The position numbers and the translations under genes are program-made. From Octopus vulgaris (Eukaryota), in contig OX597815.1 of the NCBI GenBank assembly GCA_951406725.2, positions 56,172,001 to 56,236,000 on the forward strand: a stretch of 64,000 nt of DNA. The letters run 5' to 3'. Positions within the stretch are counted from its first letter, which is position 1, and each line of letters begins with the position of its first letter. A model generated the notes under the pieces. It had not been told where the DNA came from, searched no databases, and saw nothing but the letters and a program-made list of their open reading frames with translations. Shown in pieces: positions 38,392 to 50,523 of this stretch.

Positions 38392-38758
38392 CTTGGATTC
38401 TTTGTTTATGTTGTCCGAAGCGTAGCGATGTTTTGTTTGCTAATTCCACGTTCGTTGTGTTCCTGTTTTGTTTTAAAAGCACAATTCCGGATTAATTGTT
38501 TACCGCTGCCACCATGTTATGCGTGTTTGTTTGGTTCTAATGGGAAAGACAACCAGTTGAAAACCATTGTTATGTTTATCGTGTTTATTGACGTTACTTA
38601 TATGGACGACCCATTACAGTGTAGTGATACATTGTTTACTTAACACACAGTTTGTATTGTTCACTAACAAATAGTGCCAAGAGTATGAAGTAGTTTGGCA
38701 TTCGCAAACACACAGATATGAATGTGTAACAATATCAAAAGTATTAAAAGTTTAATAT

Positions 38759-39822
38759 ACTAGCTTAAGGTGACCCGCTCTACGCGCGGGTAAGAGTGTG
38801 GTTGTTATTGTTGCATCCTTTCGGCGCGTAAAAAGCACCATCCGAACGTGGCCGCTGCCAGTGCCCCTCCCCCCGTGGCACCTGTGCCGGTGGCACGAAA
38901 AAAGCACCCACTACAATCACGGAATGGTTGGCGTTAGGAAGGGCATCCAGCTGTAGAAACACTGCCAGATCAGACTGTAGCATGGTGCAGCCTCCTAGCT
39001 TCCCAGACCCCGGTCAAACCGTCCAACCCGTGCTAGCACGGAAAATGGACGTTAAACGATGATGATGATGATTCTCCCTGTTTGTTTCTCTCACCTTTCT
39101 CTCTCCCTTTCCCACTCTCTTACTCTTCCTTTCTCTCGGACTCTCTCTCGCTTTCTCTTACTCTCTATCTTTCTCTATCTATATCTCTCCCATTTATAAA
39201 CAACAAAAGATCTTGAGTAAGTTGAGAAAGAAAGTAGTTTGAAAGATCAATCATAAATATCAGGCAGTGACATAAATATCAAGGCAGAAAGCAAAACACT
39301 AACATTTAAAAGGGACAGACGAACTTGCAAGCTGAATAAAAAAAAAAAAAATTGGAAACCAAAGTTTGAAAGGATAGAATCTGAGGATAGTAGTCACCAT
39401 GGCTGGCATTTCTTAACGACGGACAGTAACATAGTGGCCGTTTAACGGCTGGCGTAAAAATTTGAACTTGATGTGAAAGAAAATTCGTAAACACCAAGCT
39501 TTGAAGTGATTCTTTCTCACGACAGTAGACTCACCATGGCAAGCATTATGTGTGCGTGTGTGTACGCATTATATATACAAATATATACAAATAAATTAAA
39601 TTAGAGATAAAACCACTATTAAGCAAATCAAACAGTGAAAAACATAAACGAAAACATAAAAATAAAAATATAATATACAAAATATATAGAATATAAAATT
39701 AAAAATTTTAAATTATTTAAATTTAAAATGAAAATTATTAATTTATATTTATAATTTTTTTTTAAAATATATATAACTATCAAAAAGTATTAAAAAGTTT
39801 AATATACATATTTATATATAGA

Positions 39823-39853
<31 letters not shown>

Positions 39854-40348
39854 AATTAACCCAATAAATATCTGATTCATAATATTTGTTCTCATGATTG
39901 TGTTGTGTTGTGGTGGTGGCGATGATAATTCTGTTTATGAATGCAGACAGACGTAGAGAGAGAGAGTGTGTGAAAGCGTTGTCGAAGGCGGGGAAGGGGG
40001 AGATACAGAACGCCGTGACACGACGTTATAAAGAGAAAGGGAAGGTAAGGTAGTTAGACGCCGTGAAAAGAACGTTATATATAGAAAGTGATGGGAAGGG
40101 AGGAAAGAGAATGAGTGACGGAGGAAGACAGATACATTAAAGAATGAGAGTAGACTTGTTAAAGTGAGTTTTTGGCCCTAGCAACAACACCTTTTAAGAT
40201 GTGGGTTTCTAACCTAGCCCACTCTCATCCTCACCTCATTTTACATGTCCCTGTAAATTTTGGAGTCAATCCGACGAGATCTAGTGGCCTTTAACCCGTT
40301 CTAATGCCAAGAGCCAGGCAAACAAACAAACTTTACGCATTTCAGTTT

Positions 40349-40360
<12 letters not shown>
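38759..40360 (+). mobile_element. Possible Helentron/HINE-like non-autonomous element carrying later insertions
   Basis: 5' ACTAGC...ACCCGC..GCGGGT hairpin; 3' (CAAA)n...CAGTTTTATA end similar to 12197-12245. Confidence 0.4.
38818..39072 (+). mobile_element. SINE with RTE-like tail and (GAT)n end
   Basis: GGTTGGCGTTAGGAAGGGCATCCAGCTGTAGAAAC...GGACGTTAAACGATGATGAT; same family as 59463-59885. Confidence 0.75.
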
Positions 40361-40395
<35 letters not shown>

Positions 40396-40685
40396 GTGAG
40401 TGGACAAACGAAAGAATGGGCACTCAACACATTTATTAGGAGTTATATGTATTATTTAAAAACAGTTCGTATAATAATATGCAATGTAACAAGAGTTGAT
40501 TATCTTATAATAACTGTTCGCACAATAACAATCCAATATTCCAACGCAAAATCAATAACGAGACAAACGCTCTCATAGTTTGACCACAAATGTATACGCG
40601 CTCATCTATTTATAGACTCGTCCAGTCCACTGACAGCCACGTGCTGGGGTATCAATTAAATTCACATCTTTCCTTTTAAACTATA

Positions 40686-43600
40686 TGTTACACATTCATA
40701 TCTATGTGTATACGTAGTTATACGTATGTAGAATACATTCCCACTTTTGGCACTATTTTGTTAGCAACAGTACGAACTGTGTCTAAAGTAATTATGTATC
40801 ACTACGCCGAATGTTGACAGTTCGTGTAACATGAAAAGTAAATAAACACGTAAAACAATAACAATGGCTTTCATTTGAGTTGTCTATCCCATTTGAACAC
40901 AAACTACACATAACATGGTGGCAGCGGTAAATAATCAATCGGAAACTGTGCCTTTACAACAAAACAGAAACACAACGAACCAGAAATTTAACAAACAAAA
41001 CATCGCTTCGTCTTCGGACACACACATACACGAGGATCCAAAATGTCGACCCCCGTCGCCGTACAGGTGAATCTACATCCGATCATGAACTGGGACTCCG
41101 ATGATATCATGGAAGCATTTAAGAAATTCAAACAGAAACTCAACTAGCTTTCAAAAGTTTCCTGAAAGGCACAACTGAAGATGAACAGGTAAGTTACATC
41201 CTTTTATGTACGGGCGAGAAGGGTCTAGACCTATTCAATAGCTGGGACATGTCAGAATCGGATTGCAATAACTCAGACACACTTTTAGAGAAATTTGAAA
41301 GGCACCTAGAGCCCAGATCGAACCATAGAATTCACAGATACGAATTCCAGGGCCTGAAACAAGATCCACAAGAAACGATTGACAATTTCCTGTCAAGACT
41401 AAAGAATGTTGCCGAAAAATGCAAATTCAAAGATAAGGACGAAAGAATTGTTGATCAATTAATATGGGGGTGTGCTCATAAAGAAGTTCAGAAATCCCTC
41501 ATAGGTAAGGACGCTCTCCAGTTGATAGAAGCAGTAGACACTGCAAGAGCATTCGAAGCCACTACCAAACAAATGGCCTCACTTACCTTACAAACAAGCT
41601 CACTAGGCAGCAGTGTAGATATTGTATCTAGGCACATGACGAAACATACCCGCAAACAAAGAACATGCCAGTACTGTGGTACAGAACATGAATTCAATAA
41701 CCGGAAGAAATGTCCTGCATTCGGTACACACTGCAAAGCATGTGGAAAACCCAACCACTGGGAAAAAATGTGTAGGCTAATAAAATCCCAGAAAAACAAG
41801 CCCCAATTTTCAAAGAGGAGCGGAAATAGAAGAAGAGATATACATGCCCAACAACAAGAACAAAACACCTCAGAGGAGGAATTCTTGACAGTCGGCACAA
41901 TAAATGTGCATGAGATGGGAAATGACGACCAGAAAAAAAAAATGAGGCATACACAACGATAAGAATACAAAAGAAGTCTGGCAAGAAACGAACAAACATA
42001 GACTTAAGGCTAAAGATTGACACTGGAGCCCAGAGTGATATTTTGCCTGTCAACCTCTACAAAAAGATGTTCCCAGAACACATAACAAAAGAGGATAAAA
42101 TCAAAGAAGGAATCCTCACACCAAGTGATGTAATCCTCACTGCGTACGGAGGTACCAGGATTCCACAACTGGGTAAAACAACAATCACAGGGACACACAA
42201 AGGAAAAACAATCAAGTGTTCTTTTTATGTCACAAGAACAGAAGGACCAGCAATTCTTGGACTCAATACCTGCAAAAAGCTAAATATTGTGTCAATCAAT
42301 GGAGAAGTGAAGGCAGCTCCGAGCAGGATTGACAGAGATATGCCTATCAAAGACCGACCACCAATCACAAACAAAGAACAACTGATAAGCATGTACCCTG
42401 AATGCTTTGACGATACAGTCGGGTGCTTTGTGAAATGTCGATACCATATAACAGTCGACCCCAATATCAAACCAATTGTTCACACACCTCGCCGTGTCCC
42501 TCTAGAACAAAAAGAGAAGCTGAAGACAGAGTTGGACTCAATGGAAAAAAAGAAATAATCACCAAAGTGACACGACCAACAGACTGGGTGAATTCAATTG
42601 TAATCAAGGAAAAACCCAATGGTACCCTACGGATATGCCTCGACCCAAGGGACCTGAACAAGGCATTAAAAAGAGAGTACCATCCAATTCCAACCCTTGA
42701 AGAAATCACACCATCATTGGCTGGATCCAAATTATTCAGCAAACTGGATGCCAGTAATGGGTACTGGAATGTAAAGATAGACAAAGAGTCATCCATGCTC
42801 ACTACCTTCAACACACCATTTGGCAGATATCGATTCAACCGACTCCCATTTGGATTGAAGGTAAGCCAAGATGTTTTCCAGTGCCAAATAGATGAGACCT
42901 ACCAAGGCTGCAAGGAGCAATTGGAATAGCAGATGGCATCCAAGTGCATGGCAAGGATGAGACCACACATGACTTCAATTTACATGAAGCTATGGAGAAA
43001 ACCCGACAAACAGGCATTAAACTCAATGCAGACAAGTGTGTGATAAAAGCAAAGGAGTGCAAATTCTTTGGAATTATATACTCTGCAGAGGGAGTTAAAC
43101 CAGACCCCGCTAAAGTGGAAGCCATCAGAGACATTAAAGAACCCAAAGACAAGAAGGAACTCAGGAGCTTCCTGGGACTCATTCACTACATGGGAGCCTT
43201 CATACCCAAGCTGGCCGATCACACTGCAAATCTCCGAGAGCTAAACAAAGATGACGTAGAGTTTGATTGGTGTGCTTCACACACACAGGATTTCAAAACA
43301 ATCAAAAATCTCATCAGTAAGGAGACAACTCTGCAATACTATGACAGACGCAAACCAATAATACTCCAAGTCGATGCTTCTATGAGAGGAGCTGGCGCAG
43401 CACTGATACAGGAAGGTAAACCCATTGCATATGCCTCAAAAGCTCTCTCACCCACAGAGACAAGGTACGCAAATATTGAAAGGGAACTCCTGGCAGTAGT
43501 ATATGGATGTGAAAAGTTCCATACATACCTGTATGGCAGACATTTCAATATTGAAACAGACCATCACCCGCTAGAACAAATACATAGAAAAAACCTGACA

Positions 43601-45491
43601 AAAGCACCAGCCAGACTGCAAAGATTACTGTTAAGGCTTCAAACATACGACTATGATATCAGGTACAAGCCAGGAAAAGACCTGATATTGGCGGATGCAC
43701 TTTCCAGACTATCCTCACATGATAAACAGGAGATGGAAGGACTAAGCATAAAGGTCCACCACATTATAAATGTAACAACCACAAAGCTATCAGAAATCAA
43801 AGAGGAGACCAGCAAAGATGAAGAACTCCAGTTCCTTACTCAGATGGCGATTCAGGGGTGGCCAGAAAAGAGACATCAGGTGCAGCCCCTAATTCATGAA
43901 TATTGGGCCATCCATGATGATATATCAGTGGAGAATGGAATCCTGATGGCTGGATCCCGAATAATTATACCCAAGTCAATGCAAAAAGAGATTCTTGACA
44001 AGATCCACCAAGAGCATCTAGGAATGGAGAAATGCAAGCTCCGAGCCAAGTCAGCAGTGTATTGAGTAGGCATGTACAAAGACATAGAAAAGACAGTTTC
44101 TACATGCCACAACTGTCAAAAGTACAGAAACTCACAACAAAAGGAGGAAATGATATCTAGTGACATCCCAAGAAGGCCATGGCAAACTATTGGAGTAGAT
44201 CTGTTCACAGAGAGCTATGAATGGTATTTGATAATGGCCTGCTACTACTCCAAATTTCCATTTGTGATAAAAGTGAAAGACCTGAGAGCCAAAACAATCA
44301 CTACAGTGGCTCGAGGACTTCTAGCAGAGCAAGGAATACCAGAACAGATCATATGTGACAATGGAACCCCGTTCACATCGCAAGAATTCAAAAAGCTAGC
44401 CGATGAGTATGGGTTCTATATTACAACCTCATCTCCACACTACCCCAAAGGCCATGGGTTTATAGAAAGACAGGTGCAGACAGTGAAGAGAACACTAGTC
44501 AAATGCCGAGAGACTAAGGAAGACCCACACCTGGCACTTCTGTCCCTACGAGCGACACCACTGAGAGCTGACATGAAATCCCCAGCAGAATTGCTGAATG
44601 GCAGGAAGTACAAAACTACCCTGCCAACTAAGATCCAACCTCCTATTGACCAGGAAGAGACAAGGGAAAAGCTAGCAGCCACTCAAGAAAAATCACAGAA
44701 ATATTACAACAAACATGCACAATACTTACCTGAGATACTTGGAGGACAACATGTGCATACTCAAGATCCCATAACTAAAACATGGGTTCCAGCACAGGTT
44801 GTCAGTAGAGCTGAAACTCTAAGATCGTATATAATAGAAACGGAATCTGGTAGGCAGCTGAGACGCAACAGGGCCCACATCCGCCCAACACCAAAGCTGT
44901 CAAGGACAACGTGTACAACACCTGCTGCATCAGTGACAACGCCCACAGAATCATCACCCCAACGGGCACCAACTACCCATCAGCAGCCCAGCAACACACC
45001 TCAGACACCGGTGCGAAGCACAAGATCCACCAGATGGAGAAAGAACATTCTGCCACCGGTCCGATACCGTTAAAAAAAAAGGAAAAAAAGAAAATGAAAA
45101 GATAAGTAACTAATTCAGCTAGATTACAAAGCAGAGGCAGAATAATCTCACGGTTTCTGCTGCAGGATTGCCACCTCGCGCTGACAATCCATTAGAGTAA
45201 GGGAGACTACTTATATTTGTCTTTACTGCCAAAAGACCCCTTTATTTTTTTTCAAGAAGGGATGTTACACATTCATATCTATGTGTATACGTAGTTATAC
45301 GTATGTAGAATACATCCCCACTTTTGGCACTATTTTGTTAGCAACAGTACGAACTGTGTCTAAAGTAATTATGTATCACTACGCCGAATGTTGACAGTTC
45401 GTGTAACATGAAAAGTAAATAAACACGTAAAACAATAACAATGGCTTTCATTTGAGTTGTCTATCCCATTAGAACGAAACTACACATAACA
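40686..45491 (+). mobile_element. Full-length Ty3/Gypsy LTR retrotransposon with several frameshifts and stops
   Basis: LTRs 40686-40915 and 45263-45491; PBS TGGTGGCAGCGGT (tRNA-Leu); PPT AAGAAGGGA; flanks CTATA / CAATA; domain order gag-PR-RT-RH-IN. Confidence 0.95.
41043..45073 (+). pseudogene. gag-pol polyprotein, disrupted
   Basis: Gag zinc knuckle; IDTGAQ protease; LRICLDPRDLN, FSKLDASNGYW, RLPFGL (RT); QVDAS, ERELLA (RNase H); HHCC and DDE integrase motifs. Confidence 0.92.
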
Positions 45492-45981
45492 CAATACATT
45501 TCTCGAAGAATGTGGGTGTACACATTTGTTAATTTTCTTTTAGTTCTCCCCCACAGCTCCCCTTCTTAAAAAATTAACTTCCTCTTTGAAACTATTAAAA
45601 GCCCTCGAAATTTCTTCTTTCTAGTATTGCTCCGAAAGGGTGCATCAGTTTTAACTGGTAATGGTACTTCAAACATAGTGTACATAAAATCTATCGGTTC
45701 TTCAAATCTTTTATTATTATCCTCGGTGTATCTTTTGCCTTCTTTTACCATATAGATCATTTTTCCAATTCTGTTACAAATAATACCATCCTTCCATGAT
45801 TGTTTCCCATATCTGTATGTTTTAAAAAACACGTTTTCGCCAACTTCAAAATTTTTCGGTATAGCGCTTTTGTCATTATTGTATTTTAAAGGGTTTTTTT
45901 TTTTTTTTTTTTTTTTTGCTTGACAGTAGTTTGTCCAAAATGAACTTAATCTTTACTTGATGGTGCGTCTGGGTTTGGAGT
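45492..45981 (-). mobile_element. Old Gypsy remnant (integrase C-terminus, PPT, LTR start) hosting two younger insertions
   Basis: VYRITP|NPDAPS reads across the 45982-50005 insertion; PPT AAGAAGGGGAG before TGTGGGG at 45554. Confidence 0.55.
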
Positions 45982-46429
45982 TGTGGTGTGTGCGCGATTT
46001 GAATATAAAGGCACCTACCTTCTCTTCCTCGTGACGGAGACCCACCAGTGCTAACTAGTCCTTCGACACAGCCTCGACCCGAACACTAACGATAGCAGCT
46101 GCTAGCCCAAGCCCTTAGCGACGTCCGCACACGTCTTGTCACCTGCACAACCCACGTTGGAAAAGGCCCAATAGACCGCTGCCTACGCACGCCTCACAGC
46201 TTCCCCTTCCGGTTGCCTCAGCTTCCGGTCAACGCACCCAGCTGCTGACGTCATCCCACACGCCACCCTGATCTTAAAGATCACAATCTCTCCGCTCCAT
46301 GTCGTAGTCCACCATCCAACCGGGAGAGCGCCTTGCTCGTCGAGATCTTCTCAAGCTGGGCACCTCGTTCTCCCCCTCTCCAGAATCGTCGTCCGTCGAA
46401 GTGACAATCCTGCGAAGGTCCAAGACGTG

Positions 46430-48969
46430 TCATGGTGTTCCATCTACGGATACGTTGTTTCTGGAATTGACCGCCGTCACCGTTCCTCTGCTCCATTGAG
46501 ACGTACAGCGCGCCTTTGGTGGCTTGACCCAGACTTCCTCCCTTATTTTAATGCGAACGGGTCCCTTCTCTTCTTCGTGACCCTCCGGCGATTTGTTCGG
46601 CACAGATTCCTCAGCTTGTCCGGATCGGGGAGACAAGTTGTACCAAAAAACTGCTTCAAGCGGCGAAATGTGCCCTCTTTCCGCTATGGCCTTGACTGTC
46701 CGATGGTGCCTCTCCACGATCCCGTTACCGCTCGGCCTACACGCTGCTCTGAACAAGCGTCGCACATTCCACCGATCAAGCATAACCCTCAATGCTTCCG
46801 AACGAAACGCCGCCCCGTTGTCCATCAGTAGTTCTTCCACGGGACCTCTCTCTAAAAATATCCCGTTCAGGATCTGCGCGATCTCGTCAGCAATGCCCGA
46901 TCTCAACTCCCTCCAAATGGCCAGCCGGCCCGGCTCGCAGTCGTACATTCACTGACGGTAGTGTGTCACATCCACAGCTAGCCTTTTCCAGTTCTGCTCC
47001 ACGGAAAGGCTTCCCTGTTCATGCCCACACGGAGCAGGGTCGATGGACTGACACCTGTCGCAGCTCCCGACCACCTTCCGGATGCTTCTCCTAGTGATGT
47101 CAGCATCAATTTTCTTCGCCAGATACAGGGTCCTGTCCACACCCAGGTGATGCATAGCATGCAGTTTCTTCAGTTCAGCTTCAGTCCGAACTCGGCGATC
47201 AATTCACCTAGAACTCCTAGACGGCGCTTCACTAACATCTCCGCAGCACCTTTCGTCCGCACTCTCCTTTCACCGGTGATCACCGATCCTACCCAGCCAA
47301 GCACAGTGGCCGAATCCGTCCGGATTTCAATCGTGCGCAGCCCCCATTTCAAGGCCAAGTTCACCCCTTTCAGCACCGCGTCTAATTCGGCGACATTGAT
47401 GTGGTTGAAATCATCTGCTTTCCGAAGCCAGGCCGCGTCCTCCACCGCAGCGCCTTCGATTGCCAACACCACCCCTATCGCTATACTGCTAGCATCACAC
47501 CAGACGGTCCCGCATTCCATCTTGGGCACGTACCAGTTCCCCCTGACCGGGTCTTCCGCTCTCGTCCTCTCTAGGATTTCCTGCATCATCGCCATCGTTC
47601 CTTCTCCCACCTTGTCGCCCCACCTCTCCCCTTCTGCTCATCTCTTGGTGTAACTACACGCCGTGCGCAGCCATCCAGCGATCGGGTAGTGACCGACCAA
47701 CTTCCCACACACCGAGAACAGCTCTCTCCTGTTAACGCTGGAACTCAGCTCTGGGATTTCATTTCCTCTCCGGAACACCAATTCACCCGATCCATCTCTT
47801 CGCAGCTTCAGCCCCAGCGCGGCTCCCCCTTCAATCGACTCCGGTGGCTTGGCAATCAGTCCGAACTTCTCCAGATGTCTAACAACCTCGTCGGCTGGCA
47901 CTACAGTTTCGTCCACCAAAATGTCGTCAATGTAGGAGCTGGTGGCCTTTCTAATCTTGCCGTCTTTCCCTAGGACGCACCTAAGCACTGCCGCCATGAT
48001 CTTCGGAGCGGAATTCAGCCCGAAACCCAGCCTGGTTAAACAGTACGTCCGGCCCTTGTACCGCACCAGCTGATATCGCCACAGTTTGTCGCTCACATGG
48101 AGCTGCAAGTATGCCGATCTCAAGTCGACAATCGTCGCTGCCTCGGTCGACTGTCTCCACTTACGTAACGCCTCGCCACAAACGTCTGTCGCCTCACCTC
48201 CCGTGTGACACGATATGTGCTGGTTTAGCTCCATGAAGTCCAGCACCGGTCTGACTTTTCCCTTCGTAGGCTACACCACCGCCATCAGGGGTAGCACTCC
48301 GCCCGCTACCTCTTCCTTCCAAGGGACAAGGACCCCTTCCTCGATCCACCTCTCCACCTCGTCTTCAAACTCGACCCTGGCGTGGCCTTTCAGGGTATGC
48401 TGGTAACAGCTCACCCTGTTTTCCAGCGTCGGGGGCTCGTCCTTCCATCGCCATTCTATCGTCCACCGCTGACCATCGAACGCCGCCTGAAAGTCTTTGT
48501 CCTCGATGGTGTAAGCGGCGCAGTCCCTCGCGGGGCTCTGCTCTCTCTGGCGATCCTGACTCGCAGTGCACGACGCCCCCACGCTTCCGAACGTGACCTC
48601 ATTTCCCACAACACTGACGCCACCGAGGCAGTTGATGGCGTCCATCCCCATCACCACATCAACTCCATCTATCACGCGTTCGGCCACAATTGCCTGCAGC
48701 CTTAGCGTCGCGCCGCGCACCACTATCTCTATCTTGCTGCTGCCTCTGCAACGGATTTCGCTGCCGTCGACCGCCCGGACACTACTCACCCCATTCCATT
48801 CCTTCGTCACCCTCGAAGTCACAAGGGTGGTCGTACAGCCCGTATCCACGAGGGCCTTGAACGTCTTCCCCTCGCCCTCCACGTCAATCAATGGCAGCGT
48901 CTCCAATAGCGCCTCTACTCGTTTGCAGGGAAAGTTCGAGAGGCAGCAATTTCCCCGCGGTCGTTTCCC
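46430..48969 (-). pseudogene. Pol (protease, RT, RNase H, integrase) in the -1 frame relative to gag
   Basis: ALVDTGC; VDLRSAYLQ, RLGFGL, YIDD; WCDAS, NVAEL, RTDS; HHCC, LAVD, MDNG, GIVER; in-frame stops at 48271 and 47638 plus deletions around the integrase. Confidence 0.9.
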
Positions 48970-49673
48970 TGGTCGCAATCACGGGCAATGTGCCCTGTCT
49001 GCCTGCATCGATAGCAAACGGGCCCCGGCTGCGTACAGTCCCGCGCCATGTGCGGTCCCTGGCATCTAAAACACCGTCCTGAGAACGGCCGCTCTCGTTG
49101 CATGGTAAGCTTCGGTACGTCTTTCTCGGGACGTCGTCCGTCTTTACGCGCCTCCGTCACCGCCATCGCCTTCCACCCAGAGTGTCTCGTCAACACGCGA
49201 GCCTGAGCCACAAGTTCGCTCAGCGGCATCTTTTTAATCCCGGGCAGTCGTTGTAGGTGAATCCCTACATCGTCGGGGAACCCATTCACAAACGCCAGCC
49301 GGGCTGCTCTCTCCAGCCCTTCTCCCGCAAACCCAGCCAGAGTCGCTAACCTTCTAACTTCTGATGCATAGTCATCCACTTGGCCTCCCGTCCACCTGAT
49401 TGCACCTAGCTTAGCAAAAGCTGTGTATTCGCATTCCGTGTAGGCATCCCGCAAGCGTCGCTCTATGTTCTCCTCGCTGAGCCGTTCCTCTTCATCCATC
49501 TCTCGGTATAGCGTTAAGGCGCTCCCTTCTAAATACAGCGCCATAAGACTCGCCACATCGCTTATACCTTGCAGTCTTGCCACCAACCTGATTTTGCGAA
49601 TCCAGGCCACTACATCGCCTTCGCCATTAAAAGGTTTGACGACGTCGCTGGCGATCCTAATTTTTGCAGACAT
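48915..49673 (-). CDS. Gag with two CCHC zinc knuckles (intact ORF)
   Basis: CFRCQGPHMARDC and CYRCRQTGHIARDC; 252 aa. Confidence 0.92.
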   Translation of the reverse strand: MSAKIRIASDVVKPFNGEGDVVAWIRKIRLVARLQGISDVASLMALYLEGSALTLYREMDEEERLSEENIERRLRDAYTECEYTAFAKLGAIRWTGGQVDDYASEVRRLATLAGFAGEGLERAARLAFVNGFPDDVGIHLQRLPGIKKMPLSELVAQARVLTRHSGWKAMAVTEARKDGRRPEKDVPKLTMQRERPFSGRCFRCQGPHMARDCTQPGPVCYRCRQTGHIARDCDQGNDRGEIAASRTFPANE

Positions 49674-49714
49674 CGTGGCGACGAATCGTGTTGAAATGTA
49701 AATGTTTAAGAACG

Positions 49715-49726
49715 GCCGAAATAGCT
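49715..49726 (-). promoter_or_regulatory. Primer-binding site complementary to tRNA-Phe(GAA) nucleotides 1-12
   Basis: Plus strand GCCGAAATAGCT abuts the LTR and equals the 5' end of the conserved animal tRNA-Phe (GCCGAAATAGCTCAGTTGGGAG...). Confidence 0.75.
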
Positions 49727-50141
49727 TGTGGTGTGTGCGCGATTTGAATATAAAGGCACCTACCTTCTCTTCCTCGTGACGGAGACCCTCCAGTGCTAAC
49801 TAGTCCTTCGACACAGCCCCGACCCGAACACTAACGATAGCAGCTGCTAGCCCAAGCCCTTAGCGACGTCCGCACACGTCTTGTCACCTGCACGACCCAC
49901 GTTGGAAAAGGCCCAATTGACCGCTGCCTGCGCACGCCTCACAGCTTCCCCTTCCGGTTGCCCCAGCTTCCGGTCAACGCACCCAGCTGCTGACGTCATC
50001 CCACAGGAGTAATTCTATATACGCTTACCATGGTTAACAGCAAACGCACAACCCACAGAGATGCATGTAAATATATGAATATATGTTCTCTAAGCCTTCT
50101 ACTCGGTTGTGTCTCTTCTCTTTTCCAACTGACACATTATG

Positions 50142-50480
50142 TGTAGTGGCTTCATGCAGGCATAGCATGGATTCGATCCTCGATCGCTAAGTTTCAATAC
50201 CACTTTTTTCACGTTAAAACAATAGTTTTTCTGTGAGTGACAGCAGTTATATTTGCCATATGCCATCGCTAAAGCAGAATAATATCTTTGCCGCTTGACC
50301 CTTCTAACGTCTATTTTACCAATAGATCGAATAGAGATGTCACAGACCTCCAACAAAATCTATTTTTCTCAACAATATGTCTGTCCTTCTGGCTGGTTTT
50401 GGATAGCAATAAAAACAAGAACTCCGTAAGCCAAAGTCAATTGGCAAGAGCCCAATTTTTTCAAATAATTATTGGATGGG
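50142..50480 (+). mobile_element. Partial LTR, same family as 32448
   Basis: TGTAGTGG.TCATGCAGGCA.AGC.TGGATTCGATCCTCGATCGC...AAAACAATAGTTTTTCT shared. Confidence 0.7.
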
Positions 50481-50523
50481 AGTGTGTGTTTATTATTGTT
50501 GTACCTGAAACGTTTGTGCCATT

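Larger units (their letters stand above)
35755..38731 (-). mobile_element. Internally deleted Gypsy LTR retrotransposon (gag, protease, integrase core; no RT/RNase H)
   Basis: 217-bp LTRs 35755-35971 and 38515-38731 (about 2 mismatches); TSD ATATC; PBS TGGTGGCAGCGGT (tRNA-Leu); PPT AAGAAGGGA. Confidence 0.95.
45982..50005 (-). mobile_element. Compact (4.0 kb) GC-rich LTR retrotransposon with Gypsy domain order and atypical PBS
   Basis: 279-bp LTRs 45982-46260 and 49727-50005 (about 6 mismatches); TG...CA ends; TSD GGAGT; gag, PR, RT, RNase H, IN. Confidence 0.95.

Noticed and set aside
49727-50005. Tf1-style self-priming as the explanation for the odd PBS
   Set aside because: No sequence complementary to the PBS was found by eye in the LTR sense strand, whereas tRNA-Phe nucleotides 1-12 match exactly.
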